A DNA stretch of 63,902 nucleotides, counting the filler, from Olpidium bornovanus S191 (taxonomy: Eukaryota; Fungi; Olpidiomycota), in assembly GCA_017911155.1 (NCBI GenBank). It is 27 parts of 27 records of this genome, joined end to end, with 100 filler letters (N's around TTAATTAATTAA, not from the genome) between each part and the next. Parts side by side here need not be neighbours in the genome. Positions count along the whole stretch, not along the records: positions 35,270 to 39,235 come from JAEFCI010012214.1; positions 39,336 to 41,735 come from JAEFCI010006483.1; positions 41,836 to 43,768 come from JAEFCI010007900.1; positions 43,869 to 45,239 come from JAEFCI010007369.1; positions 45,340 to 46,773 come from JAEFCI010006568.1; positions 46,874 to 50,738 come from JAEFCI010001910.1; 21 more parts are not named here. One strand, written 5' to 3'. The first letter of the stretch is position 1; each line of letters starts with the position of its first letter. The notes under the pieces were generated by a model. That model was not told the origin of the DNA and did no database searches. It worked only from the letters and a program-made list of their open reading frames with translations. Of this stretch, positions 36,584 to 49,279 are shown piece after piece. The position numbers and the translations under genes were made by a program.

Positions 36584-37333
36584 AAGAGCAGTTGAAATTC
36601 AAACGGCAGTCCTGGACACTCCGCCGCCTGTACCCGACGTCTGCGGACAGAATATCCCCGGGCTGGGCAAGCGCGGTGAGCACCACCGGGTCGTGGCTTT
36701 TAGGTTTTTTTTTCTTCTTTTTTTCCGGCTTCGGATGGTGCGTGTGCGTGCGTGCGTGCGTAGGAACGGGCCGCAGACGAAGGAACTCTAGATGATAAAA
36801 CGCCCAAGCCGGCTTTCTCGAGCGCAGCGCCTGCCGGGCCTACCCTACTTCCCGCGCGCAGCGCCCCGGCGGCACGAACCGACGCGGCGAGCGGACGCCT
36901 GGCGACGGGAGGAGGGGTTTCGTGTGTGGCTGAGTGTGTGGCTGCGCGGCTGCGTGTGTCCGCTTGCGTGCCCGCGTGTGTGCGTGCGCGCCGGTGATTT
37001 TTGACTTCGAACGGAACCGAGGCCGCCTCGCCTGCGCGTGGTGCTCAATCGAACCCTCCCCACCCATCTCTCCGCGACCGGCCAAGAGAGAGGGACCACC
37101 GCGATGCTACCGGCCTTTCCCAGAATTCAGTTTTCCCGCCCGCGGAATGTTATCCCCGTTGGGCGGACAAAAGGTCACATGCGCATCCCACCTCCACGAA
37201 CTCGCCACGCCGGTTTTTGTTTCCCGCCCACATGTTCTCGTTGGTCCATTTCCGTTTACGTTTCCATTCACGTTTCGATTGCTCACTACCGCCGACGGGG
37301 AGCAAAAGTTCGCACGCTTTTGTAAAGAGAATA

Positions 37334-39235
37334 TCATATCCCACGCAAAGAGTCCTTATCGTAGTCTCGTGTTTCCGCCTGCTGCGAAGAAGCTTCCGTT
37401 TCCTCCCCGGACGTCACGAATCGAGGGTTGGCCATCTCCCGTCGCATGATGACGCTCCTCAGCTCGTCCATCAGACGGTCCTCCTCGCTTCGCAATTTCA
37501 CGGCATTCTGGCGTGCAGCGGCCTTCGTGCGATGGGCCACTGTGAACAACTTGACACACCGACACGCGCAAAGACGGATGCCGGACGTTGGCGAAAGAGG
37601 GAAACGATCCTCACCTCGGCTTCCCGTTTTTGCTTCTGCTGAGCGATCCGCTCTGCTCTCGACAACTGACCCCATGGCGATCCAGAGAAAGGCCAACAAT
37701 GACAGAAACAGGGTGAGGAAGAACAGTTCAGCCACACTTCCAAACGAAAAATCCCAAATACGTCGGTGCAGCGAATCCTCATCGAACAGCCGAAGGAAAG
37801 CAAAATCAATCAAATTCCGACAGCCAGAGGGTTGCGGCCTGTCGATTCGCTGTTGCTCGACGTAGCCCTCACCTTTAACTGAGCCCCGTCCACCGCAACC
37901 CCCTCAAACACATCGCCCGTCGCCTTGAGCGCCTCAGCAACTTCCGATTCGTCCTCTCCAGGCTCCGGCCAAGGCACTGTCGACCGGGGAAGTGCCTCCG
38001 TCGCAATCGCCCATGCAGGAGCCTCTTTGTTAGAATGGGAATCGGTTTCACTCCGGGTGGCAGGTTCCAGCCCAGCCTCCCACAGCCTAACCAGGTCTTT
38101 CAATTCTGGGCCAAGATTTCTGTACCGTCCAAGAACTGCCTCATGATCCTTGGGATCGCGAGCGGCCGACACGTCATCGGCAATAACCCGAAGGGCAACC
38201 TGTGCAGCCCGCAACAGGTGGTCAAGCGCTGGAAGTCCTCGAACAAGATTTTGACGCGTGGAAGGGAAATTGTCTAGAGCGGCTTCATGCGAGCGCTGTT
38301 CATGCTGGCTCTTGCCTGTTATAGTATTAAATCCTCCAGGAAATAGGGGATCTATCAAGGCAGTGCACACACATAATGAGCACAGTCGACGTTACTGAAA
38401 CGTCTGACACATTTATACTTACCTTTGCAATCCAGCTTCAGGATTTCTCCCACGCCTGACATGACATTGCACATCTGCCTAAACAACGCACAGATCTGTT
38501 GTTCGTGTTCCTCGGCGAGAAGGTGAACCCAACTTCCGGCGTTTTTTTCACCCTGCCGGGCGACCAGCCGTCCAATAAAAAGCGCGTGCGACTCCAGCGC
38601 ATCTTCCATACTCCGCCTACGGGCGGCGTGATACTCCTTGAACAGTAATCGCAGCTCTTCCGTAGACGGTGGCTCGACAGTCGTATCCTCGGGAACAAAC
38701 CACGGGCTTGGGATGGTGGGGCCGATGCAGCTGCGGTTAAAATTTTCTAGACCGAGAATCAGCGCAGCGCGAATGTATGTACGAAGGGTCCGACAACGTT
38801 TCGACGGACTCCGCAGCTCGATGCGAGGTACGGGATTCACCGGCATGGACCTGCTGCAAGTTCCGCGCGGTCTAAGAATTTTTTGAAGTTGCGGGGAAGT
38901 AGGCTTGGAATTCGGTTCCGGCGAGTACGCAGGTAATTGATGCATGACTCACAGCCTGTAACTCCGCGCGACCAGCTCTAGTTCCCTGATCGTTTTGATC
39001 CCGCGGTTTATCTGTGCGTCAGTGGCCGATGCCGTGCGGACGAGAGCCTCCGTTTGATGCAGAATCCGACAACTATTGAGAACAGTTTTGTCGCTGGTAC
39101 CCGCACTTGAACCTCCATGGTGGGCAGAATTGCACTGTACTCCATCAACCAGATTTACGTAGAAACATAACACGCAAGGTGGTATTAGGACCATCGCACG
39201 CATTGCACTTATGCATGGAAAAAACGAAGCCGAGA
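37334..39235 (-). CDS. Vezatin-like protein (fungal VezA family), 5'-partial, multi-exon
   Basis: DAQINRGIKTIRELELVARSYRL resembles the vezatin EVELVSRGY block. C-terminal DVFEG, LSRAERIAQQKQKR and RLMDELRSVIMRR resemble the fungal VezA tail. Confidence 0.68.
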
Positions 39236-39335
39236 NNNNNNNNNNNNNNNNNNNNNNNNNNNNNNNNNNNNNNNNNNNNTTAATTAATTAANNNNNNNNN
39301 NNNNNNNNNNNNNNNNNNNNNNNNNNNNNNNNNNN

Positions 39336-40842
39336 CATGCAATGGCGCACATCACGCACCAATCTGTCGACTTCGTGCGCGACGGCATTGCATTCCGTGT
39401 AGGACTGCCCAGTCGCGCTGAAGATCCGGTCAATGACCTCAGAGAACGTGTGGGACTCATCGTTCCACAACACCAAAACGAAGTCAACTGGTTCTCCCTC
39501 CTCGCCGTATTCGCGGGTTAATCGCTGGGATCTCTCCACAATGCCTTCGACTGACACAGCTGTTCCGCCTCGAAACGTAGAACTGTGCGCCAGAGTCTCC
39601 AGGACGTATTCGAGGATGTATCTTAGCGTGTTCCTCCAATGATCGACCACTTTCGCAGGGAGGTTGACGTAAGATCTTCCCGCCGATTCGCCCGTACTGA
39701 GGTCCCTCTTCCGTCCAGTATGGTACGGGCAGTTCAGGGGAATCTTCCAAGCTTCCGGATCACCACAGTCGCAGCAACCTCCCGCGACCGCGTTGATAGA
39801 GAAGAGAACGTCGTGTCCTTCGTGATTCGACGCGAGATAGCACTTCGAGCACATTACCACCGTCTCATCAAGGGCACAGTCGCTGTCAATTATGATATCC
39901 GTGGAAGCATCAGAACCTCTCGGCAACAGGCGAATCTCGTACAAGCCGGTGGTGAAAGCCGAGCGAGCCACGGAGGACATACCGGCACCGGTACACTCCT
40001 TCCCCAGTTCTAAAAACACGACAACATACGGCGCCCCCGTGGGCCTCGATGTTTTCCATTTCGCTCAACTTTAGGGCATGAACAGCGTTGGTGCGCTCGG
40101 GCTGGAGAAATTCGGGGAAAATGAAACGGACGAACGCCCTGTTGTTGTTACACAATTCCTTTGTCAGCCTCGACGCGACTAGCCTTGAGACCTCCTCGTG
40201 ATAGGTGTATCGTGGCCGGCGCGAGGACGTTCCTGAAAGGCAGTCGTTTGTCGGCGAGGCCGGTGATCTCAACGCATGTAAAGTCCTAAGGAACACTGAC
40301 AGGGGCGGCGTCAGGTCGTCAACCTCGTCTGTGAGCGTATCCTTCCAGGCGCTACTGTAGCTGAGGACGTCCGCCCGATCCCCGGCGGCCAATTTCGGCG
40401 TGCTTTCGCTCCCCACCAAAGCCGCGCTTGAAACGACGCCAGCGTCCGCGAAGTCCTCGCCGCGCTCCGTATTGGCTTCTTCGTCGGCAGCGGCCGGAAT
40501 ATCCAAATCACTAATGGACAGGGGTCCGGTGCTCCAGTCGACACTCATCTCGTCGTGGTCGTTGACCTGTAGAGCGGCCCCGTTTAACACGGATCTCCTC
40601 GAACGAAGTTGCTGCTGTTGGTTCGTTAATGGATCGTTACTACCGCGCTCCTCTGCGCGGCGTTGGGCCAACTGTTCGCTCTCGGCGTCAGCGCTCTGGT
40701 TATGATCCTGGCTTCCGACCGCTACGGCCGCCTGTGACTCGGTGTCGACCTCGCCTAGGACCGCCTGCAGCTCCTGCCGGTCGTCCTCGTCACTCTCTTC
40801 GTGGAGCCGAAGGTCGCCAAGCGGCGGGGTTGGTGGCGCCAT
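39336..40842 (-). CDS. UBR1: N-recognin E3 ubiquitin ligase Ubr1 (UBR box and ClpS-like domain), 3'-partial
   Basis: CCRVFRTGEGVYRCR-DCALDETVVMCSKCYLASNHEGH..GGCCDCGDPEAWK..CPYH; LWNDESHTFSEVI. Confidence 0.94.
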
Positions 40843-41989
40843 GAAGGCTTCCGGTGCGGGCTGGTTCGCTTCGGTCGTGCAACTTATTCGCCCCGCTCTT
40901 TTTTTTTTTTTTTCTTTTTTTTTTTTCCGCCCCTTTTGGCGTGCTGCGCAGCCGGAGATGCACGGACAAACGATCTCCCGCCCAACACACACGCACACAC
41001 GCACTTCGGTAGCTCGCCTTACGGGCCAACCACAAAGGCAAAAAAAAAAAAAAAACAACCTCGGTGAGCTTCGCTCCTTCAGAAACAGCACCAGGGTCAA
41101 AGTAAAGTATCTGTCAAAAGGCGTCTTTATTTTCCGCCTGCGATTCTTTGTTCGCTATCCGGGAGTTGAGATGAAGCTATTCGATCTGATAGACGTTTAT
41201 TTGGGCGAGGAATAGCGAGGGCTCAGTATAGCTTACCCGATCAATGATCACCTGAAATTGACAAGATCCTGGCAGCCCCTACAAATCTGAAGATAAAACG
41301 TGTCACAGTACGCCGTGACGCTCGCGGAGACAGCGACCTCCAGCACGTACCCACCTATAAAGCAAAACAGATGCTTGCCGTTCTGTCGTCCTGAAAGGAG
41401 CAAGTGCGCGAAAATTGGTTCGCCCCGTCCGCGAAGAATCACGGTGATCGACCTGTTTGCTTCGTATTGTTGGAACTTCCCATCCCCCACTACCCCACTT
41501 TTTACCCATGTCTATTTGTGTCAGCGGATTAGTCGAGAGAAGGGGTGTGTTGTTTCCCCTCGTTGTCCCCGGTTTTTTTTTTTTTTTTGGCCTTTAAGCC
41601 AATTTTCCTTACCCCATGTTCTCAGCGTGCCATCCACAGCAAAAGTTGAGAAAAACGCGCCCCGGGCGGGGACCGTACTAGTGATAATCCTCTCCCTTTG
41701 CCGACCAGCGAGGGCGCTTACGGTTGGGCACTTCANNNNNNNNNNNNNNNNNNNNNNNNNNNNNNNNNNNNNNNNNNNNTTAATTAATTAANNNNNNNNN
41801 NNNNNNNNNNNNNNNNNNNNNNNNNNNNNNNNNNNCCCGCTCCCCCCCCCCTCCTCCCCCATCACCCCGGAGGAGGAAAAGAGCCGCTAAGCAGACGTTT
41901 GGAATCTTCCAAAAACGCTGGCCCGCGAACGCGTTTTGTTTGCTAATGCTTGACGTGATACCTTTCCTCGCGCGGGAATCAGCCAAGGC

Positions 41990-43556
41990 GCTGTCGCCGG
42001 AAGACGCAACCAAGGCGCGGACGATGTCGTTCAACAGCTCCACCATAGGGTTGCTGAGGAACGCGATCCGGGAAAAAGGCGTACGTGGGCGTCTTACGCG
42101 CGTACGGGTTCTCGGGTGGGGCTGTTCATACCGCGCATCCAACACCCTATTATTGGGGTAGTTCATGTTTATTCCGCAGCACTTCCTCCGTATGTGCGTT
42201 TGCGCTCGCGCGCCCCCCGTATGCGATTCTCGGTCTGGCAGGCTGCCACTGAACCAGGCCTGTGTCCGACCGTGCTTGTCTGCCCCTCCTGTTGTTAACA
42301 TTCAGCACCATTAATTGCTAACTCTGTGGTCGGAGGGGTATGGTTACCTCAGCCTGGAAGTTGCTTCCACGATCCATCACCGGGATTTGTTGGCTTTTTA
42401 ACCTGCTCCCGCAATTTTCTACAGGTTCTTTTCACTGCATATTTATCGTTCCTGCCTGTCTTCCACTGCACCGCGCCGTCGGTGTTCGAGATCTACAGGT
42501 GATGGTCGTTTCCGCGACGTTCCATTGCCTCGGGCCGACACATTCGCTGATGTGCCTCTCTCTTTTCTTTTGTTACTTTTACCCTTTTGAAGGACGGGAA
42601 GCGCTCTGCCGCACGCCCCGTTCACGTCGGCGTTCGCCGCCGGTGCGGCAGGCGGTGCCGTGGCGTCGCTCCTTGCCCACCCGATGGACAGTTTGAAAGT
42701 ACGATTCGCCGTGCAGGACATGCTGGACGGGCGCTACAAAAGCATGACAGCATTTGGGTGGAATTCCCTCAAGGATATTGGGTGGCGGACGGCGTACCAG
42801 GGCCTGGGTTTCACCATCTTGAAGGTGCGCTGCATGAGCGCCCATCCGTTCTCCGTGCCCTTTCTGCTCACCGTTTTTTCCTTCGGAAACGCACAGGACG
42901 CATTAGGCTACGGTTTGTTTTTTGGCGTGTTTGAGTACGTCCGACTGCAGGGAATTTGGCTGGGCAGCAGGTTGATGGACATTATTTCGGAGACGACCGC
43001 CCGAGCCCCGGATGCCGCTAGTTCTGGCAGCGAGTCGCGGACGCGCCAGTTGATTGCGGAAGATGCATTTGTACCAACGAACAAACCGGCAGCGGCCCCT
43101 GGCGTAAATCCGCCCCCGCCGCCGTTACCGGTGGACGCTCCGGCCGCGAAACCGCGGCGCGCAACCGTCACGTCTCAGGCGTTCGCGGCGGTCTTCGTGC
43201 TTTTGGCCGGCGCGAGCGCAGCCACGGCGCTGGCGCTCCTCGAACACCCGCTGGACAAGGTTCGCAGCGTGCTCTTTGCGGTGGTGGGCGAGCGCGAGTG
43301 CGCCGATAACCGCCGACATCGGGTCGGCAGCTGCCGCGGCGCCGCGGCGCACCGGCGTCGCATCTACGCCGCCACCTGGGCGCGAGTGCGCGAGCTCGCT
43401 GCGCACGAGCACGGCGGCATGCGGGGCTTACTCTTCGGCGGCCTCAATATCGCCCAGAGCGTGCCTGCCACGTCCGCGGGGTTCCTGATTTTCGAACTGC
43501 TGAAACACCATTACGAGCTCGATGCGGAAGACGGCGGGGCGAATTTGACTGTGTAG
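41990..43556 (+). CDS. Divergent fungal mitochondrial carrier (SLC25) family protein, 5'-partial, multi-exon
   Basis: Spliced reading: STIGLLRNAIREKG-FMFIPQHFL-PPLIANSVVGG-VLFTAYLSFL..AFAAGAAGGAVASLLAHPMDSLKVRF..YKSM..LKDIGWR..DALGYGLFFGVFEYVR, then EHPLDKV (Px[DE]xx[KR] motifs). Confidence 0.82.
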
Positions 43557-43868
43557 GGAACCGTGCCCGCGTGTTAGATTTGATTACCTTCAGAAAGGTT
43601 CCCAGCTATCACCGCTTGATCAGCTTGTTAATCTAGTTCGCGCTCTATCATGACCGATTCAATTTGCCGTGAGGTAAAGTAGAGTCGAGGCGGTCGCATC
43701 AGAGAGCAGTCAAACTACCTCCATTAGAATCTCGTTTTGTACAATCTGACTTCCTTATTTTGACCCAANNNNNNNNNNNNNNNNNNNNNNNNNNNNNNNN
43801 NNNNNNNNNNNNTTAATTAATTAANNNNNNNNNNNNNNNNNNNNNNNNNNNNNNNNNNNNNNNNNNNN

Positions 43869-45004
43869 AAATAAAGCAAACTTGAAGGCATCAACTCCGT
43901 ACCATTCCTGCTATTTCCATCGATGCCTCTTCCGCCGCTGCCAGCCGCATTCGGTTATCCTTGACCTCTTGGATGGCCTTCGCCGTCGGAGCAACAGACA
44001 GCTTGGCGATCTCCTTCGAGTCCGCGGCCATGTCCTTATCGTCACGAGTTACGGCGTTGCCAGGAACGTCGCAGGTGAGATAGCGCTCCTTCACCAGTTT
44101 GTGGAAAAGCTCAATTACTTTTCCCGAAGCGACTTTCAAATGCAGTGTCGAATGGTAATTTGTCAGCGACGACATTCCATGCTCTACTGGCGCTCACTGA
44201 ACCTTGGTGCTCCAAAAACGCGTTCCCACACATAATCTCGCCGATATTCCGGAAATAGCGGCTCACTTTGCGACGAAAGGAAGCCCTTCTCGTAATCGCT
44301 TTCCAGTTTTTTTATGACGACGGGCAGTTGTCCCCGGCCGCACCGCATGACGACTCTGATGACTGCCGAAGCCTGTTCCGCAAAGTTAGGCCGACCGCTG
44401 TCAAATACATTTGTACCGCCCGGCTCTATACCCCTGCTCTGTAAACAACGAAAGCCTTCATCCGGGCACACTGAACTCGCGTCCTCTTCCTCCCGACAGA
44501 GCATTTCTGACCTCCGCGCCGAACCATTCCTCAGTCCTCGAGATGACCTTGGAGTTGAGCAGTCGTCGCAAGCACTCCCTCTTATCGGCCGAATAATACA
44601 CCACGGCTTTCCCGCTGCGCTCCACGGTCTCCGCCCACGTCACTATGTGTTGCTGGCAGAGGACGAACAGTGCCTCGCGCGTCTGCTTCAGGCTAAGCTT
44701 TGCGAACGCCCGGATCTGAGGGAGTGGCAAGCGACCGTTGGAGAACAACACCGCGGCGACGGACTGAGCAGCAGGCGTTTTGCGAGTGAAATCAGGCAAG
44801 CGGAAGCTGAAATGAGCAGGACAACCTCTGTCTCGACCTTGGCAGAACACGAATCCGCCGCGATATTGGCAACAGGCGACCCGACAAGGGTGTCGCCAAA
44901 AAACGAAAAACGACGGCGCAAAACACAGCCGACAATACCGCGACGAATTCGCCAAAGTCATCTTCGATTATGCTCCGGCACAGCCGGTCCAGGTGCGTCG
45001 CCAT
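43869..45004 (-). CDS. RPC82: RNA polymerase III subunit C82/RPC3, 3'-partial
   Basis: LCRSIIEDDFGEFVA; VLFSNGRLPLPQI..LSLKQTREALFVLCQQHIV; YYSAD; FHKLVKERYL, the winged-helix pattern of Rpc82. Confidence 0.85.
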
Positions 45005-45339
45005 ATGCTCTCGCTGGCGAGCCGGGCCCCTTTTCGGACAGAGCAGCTGACGAACATGCACTGCCGCAGCCTTTTTTTTTTTTTTTTTTTTCCGGCCGGA
45101 CGGCCGGTGGGTGAGGCGGGATACTTTTTTGGGCAGGGCAGGTGCGTTGGTGCGCCCTGTCCGCGGTGCCATTCAGTTGAATGTTTGCGCAAGATTATGC
45201 CAATCCAAAGGGTGCAATGAAATTGCTGCTGGCTCATGCNNNNNNNNNNNNNNNNNNNNNNNNNNNNNNNNNNNNNNNNNNNNTTAATTAATTAANNNNN
45301 NNNNNNNNNNNNNNNNNNNNNNNNNNNNNNNNNNNNNNN

Positions 45340-46424
45340 GAGCTACACGGACCTCCAGAATCCTGTACTCAACGTACACCAGACCCAGATCCAGAGCTAG
45401 ACGGCGAATACAATTCTCCAGGTAGCGCTACGCGCAGATTAAGTATTTCGCACGTTACATCAGTGTACAAATCAGGGAAAAATTTGTTTTCCATCAAAAG
45501 CTTCCATTCCTCTGTGTTTACGGCATGCCTGCTATCCAGGCTATGCCGTGATCATGAACAGTGAGTCTCCCTTGTGACTCTTCACAAAAAAACAATGCCT
45601 CCACGTGACCGAACATGCCGCCGGCTTCTTAAGGGCGGTTCTTTTTCATATCCCATCCAAACAGGATTTCGATCAAAACTTCGACGCAGTGCCAGTAGTA
45701 CTGGGCCTGCAGAACAGGGTCGCCAGCAACAACACGCATCTGATGCGGGGGCGGTGGCATGTTTTCAGGAGTAGCTTGATCAATACATGAAAGTGGGCCG
45801 TTTGGAAGTTCTTCGCCCAACCAAAACGCCACAAGCAGCGAGCTGTCTGGATTGCGGGTAAATGTCCAGAAGAGAGAGGGAGATCCGAAAAAAATGCACA
45901 TGGCATCCGCTTTTTTTCTGAATTCTTTTCTCTCTTCATTTGATCCCCACATGCTGCGTGCTCTGGTGGTAATTGTTCTGACGAAGTCCTGGGCATTCTC
46001 TGATGTTTCAGCAGCAACGAAAGGTAAACCCGCTCTGATCGCTTTTTTTTTTCTCCTTGTTTCTCAGCACAGTAAGCACATCTTCCACGTCAACGGAAGC
46101 AGCCCTTGTTGCTAGAGATGGATTCTGTGTAACTTTGACGTAAAAGCCGGTATTCATTATTTTACGACCCATGTAATCAAACATGAGCATCTTGAAGTTC
46201 CTGTCCTGCGCAAATTGTCTGGTGGACAGGTTCAAGTAATACCAGATGAGTTCCCTTTCAAAATATTTGTTGGATCTCTGGGACTTCAGTCCACTGGTTC
46301 TGAAAGGAAACAAGTTTGGGAACACCCTTTCAAGAAAGTGTTCGTCTTTCTGAAGAAGAAGTGTCGAACTTCTTCTTGCCACGTATGTGGTCCTTCCCAA
46401 GTACGCGACCCGAGTGTAGTGCAC
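45340..46424 (-). mobile_element. Degenerate Helitron Rep (rolling-circle initiator) fragment with frameshifts
   Basis: FPNLFPF, RQFAQD..F..LMFD, GSNEERKEFRKKADAMCIFFGSPSLFWTF, DPV..AQYY, then in a shifted frame GGMFGHVEALF..EESQGRLTVHDHGIAW (HUH-like motif at about 45548-45583). Confidence 0.85.
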
Positions 46425-47373
46425 ACTCTATAATTCCCTTATTCCTCCGCCCAACGCACCGCCTTCCATCGATGTACCGTTCGACCTCGAAGCCCTTTGC
46501 TCGATCCCGAATGCTCTTCGCCCAATTTCGATACCCACCGCTCGAGCTCGCTGTACCGCCCGCTCCCCCTTAGTGTGCGGGCCCCCCCAATCGAGGGGGG
46601 GTCCCAGTACGTAAACCCCTGGTGCCCCCCGTCTTCTAATAAACACAAGAAACTTCGCCGGACACACCACCCACAACAAAGTGGGGAATCCGAGGACGAG
46701 CTCTCCCCTCTCCTCTCGGCGTCGTTTAAAGCTCTCCCGTCGCTCCCCCAACGCCATCCCATCCTCCGCTCCANNNNNNNNNNNNNNNNNNNNNNNNNNN
46801 NNNNNNNNNNNNNNNNNTTAATTAATTAANNNNNNNNNNNNNNNNNNNNNNNNNNNNNNNNNNNNNNNNNNNNCCCTTCGGGTACCCCAAAACATAGCCG
46901 GGGGTGCTTCAAGTGCGAGCCAAAGATCCGCTTGGGCTGTGTTGGATGGCCCCTGCAAGGCTTTTTTTTTTCTTCTCCCACACCCGTACTCGCAACAAAA
47001 AGCCGTATTCGGATCAGAGCGAAAACCGCATCAGATGCACATAGCAAACGCCCGTTTTATACACCGGGTCACCGTTCGGCACATGCAACATCAAGCAGGC
47101 GCCGCGCTCTCAACGTTCCGCAAACCCGCGGCATAGCGCTTCTTCCGTTGTCCGAACCGAATGTAACGCTCTCGTCCAGGCAAAAGCTACCCCCCCGAAC
47201 GGCAAATGCGCCAACGCCCCCGGCCGTCCGTGAGATTTATCTTATATTAATATTTCCCACAGACTACGGAAAGCGTTGTGGGTCGACCGACGTGAAGGTG
47301 CCCCGCGGAATATACCGTTTGTGTCCATTTCCCAGGCTTCCTTTTGCGTTTTTACAGGGATTTCGCGCTGTTC

Positions 47374-49279
47374 TCATTTTATCAGGGCGTTGACGGCCGT
47401 TGGCGCCTCGCATACCCCTATGTTCGTCAACATGAGGTGCGATTTGCCTTCTGCATCGATCCACCGAGCTCGGCGGGACTCGTCGGTTTTGAGCGTCGGC
47501 GCCAAGGTCTCGAAAATCTTCTTTTTCGGGTTGAGCTGAGGCTCGGGCAGGAGATCTTTCGGGAATGAAGGCGCGCGTGAGCGGCATGTAAGAAGAGGGG
47601 CGAAATGTCCTCCGGTGACGGACCCTGCACAGCCCGCCAGGTCAACACGCACCTTCGTAACCCTCGAAGTACACCCGGTCGCCGGGTTTGGATCCTTCTG
47701 GCGGCGCAAGAATCTCGACCTTGCCCTCGACAGATGTGGCGCACATGACCATGGCCATACTCTTGACGCCGCGCATTGCCACGGGCTTGAGGTTAGCCAT
47801 GATGATGACGGCCCGGCCCTGCATCTCCTCGAGTGGTATGTGCTTGACAAGGCCGGAGACGACCGTGCGGGGTTCTTCCTCGCCACACTCGATCTTCTCT
47901 ACATACAGCGAGTCAGCATCCGCGTGCTTCTCGCACTCAATGATCCTGCCGACGCGCAGGTCCAGTTGTGAGGGTACACAGCCGGCGATGGCGCCCGCAG
48001 GCGGCGGCGGAACGGCCTCCTGGGGTTTGGCATCCTTCTTCTTCTCGGCTTTCGCTCCCTTGGCGTCCTGCTTCTTCGCCTTTTTGTCGGTGTTCTTCTT
48101 CTCGTCACCGGCGGCCGCGCCCTTCTCGGCCTTCTCTCCTTTCTTGTTCTCTCCAATGTTGTCTCCTTCCGCGGTTGCGTTCTTCGCGCGCTCGGCCGAA
48201 ACGTCCTTCTTTGCCTTGTCAGCTGACTTTTTCGATAATCGGCTTTCACGGTCGACGGCTAAGGCCTTTGGCAATCGTTGGTTGGGACGGTTCAAAAGGA
48301 ATTTGATTTTCAATCGCCCTCGCACTGAACACAAAACGACAGTGGTTCGGATACATACCACCGGCGCCTCCACTTCAACGTCAACCGGCGGCATCTCGGG
48401 GATTAAAGGAACGGAATGCTGGATCAGGTCGAACCAGCGGGTCAATGCAGGAAAGGTAAACCGCTGCCGCGTGGAGAGGGCTGCGAAGCTCGTATAGACG
48501 CGGGCAAAGACGACGAGATCCGCGACCGTCAGCTGCTCCTTGACTAGGTAGGTCCGCGTCATCAAATGTTCGTCCAAGTCCTAAACACACGGAAATGCCG
48601 CATAGCAAGGGTGAGCGTTCAAATGGCCCTTCGCCGTGGCAAATTTTGCCAACCCAAGGGCTACGACGTTGAGGCGCGTCGTTCCGCACCTTCAGAAGCT
48701 CCTGCATAACCTCAGTCTTCGCCGAGTAGGAGAGCCACTGGTGTATCTATCCGTGAAAAATTCCGAGCGAAAACGATCAGTCCATCCACCGCGCCGCTTG
48801 TGATGCTGCGGAATCTTCCCTTTTTCGACCAAGGCCAAGCACGCCGAAGACGCGAACTGGTGTCCTAGACCTTTACCTCGGCACCTTCCTCCGCACCGGC
48901 GATCAACAACCCCGCATCTTTGTATACAGCCGCCAGGTGAACCGCCACGGTGTTCGGTCCTTGGACAGTCTCGCCGGAACCAAGCGTAATTGCTGACTAC
49001 GGGAACGCGAGAGGCGAAGTCCACATTTCAAACGAAATCTAGGTTACCCAAAAGCAGCGCCACGCTCTCGAGCAACTGCCACCGACCGATAAACCGGGGC
49101 ATCACGGCGTGCCGTCACACACGTTCACGGCGTGTATAATACGCGGGCAAATCGCTGACCTCTTCCACACTGACGTTCTCGACGTTCAGTCCCTGCTCCG
49201 GCGCCCCGCCGTTCGCTCTCAAATACGCGTGGACAAGCTTTGTAGATAGGTCTTTCGAACCGACGGACAGGGACGGCAT
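47374..49279 (-). CDS. ARC1: Arc1/AIMP1-type aminoacyl-tRNA synthetase cofactor (GST-like domain, Lys-rich linker, tRNA-binding OB fold)
   Basis: [89 protein letters not shown]. Confidence 0.93.

Noticed and set aside
35645-36595. Long antisense or alternative-frame ORFs over GC-rich genes (also 5110-6279, 28260-29186, 47688-48497, 59954-60556, 60006-60818)
   Set aside because: These are expected shadows of high-GC3 coding sequence, Arg/Ala/Pro-rich and without motifs. The DIRS overlap differs in lying in moderate-GC DNA and matching a known element feature.
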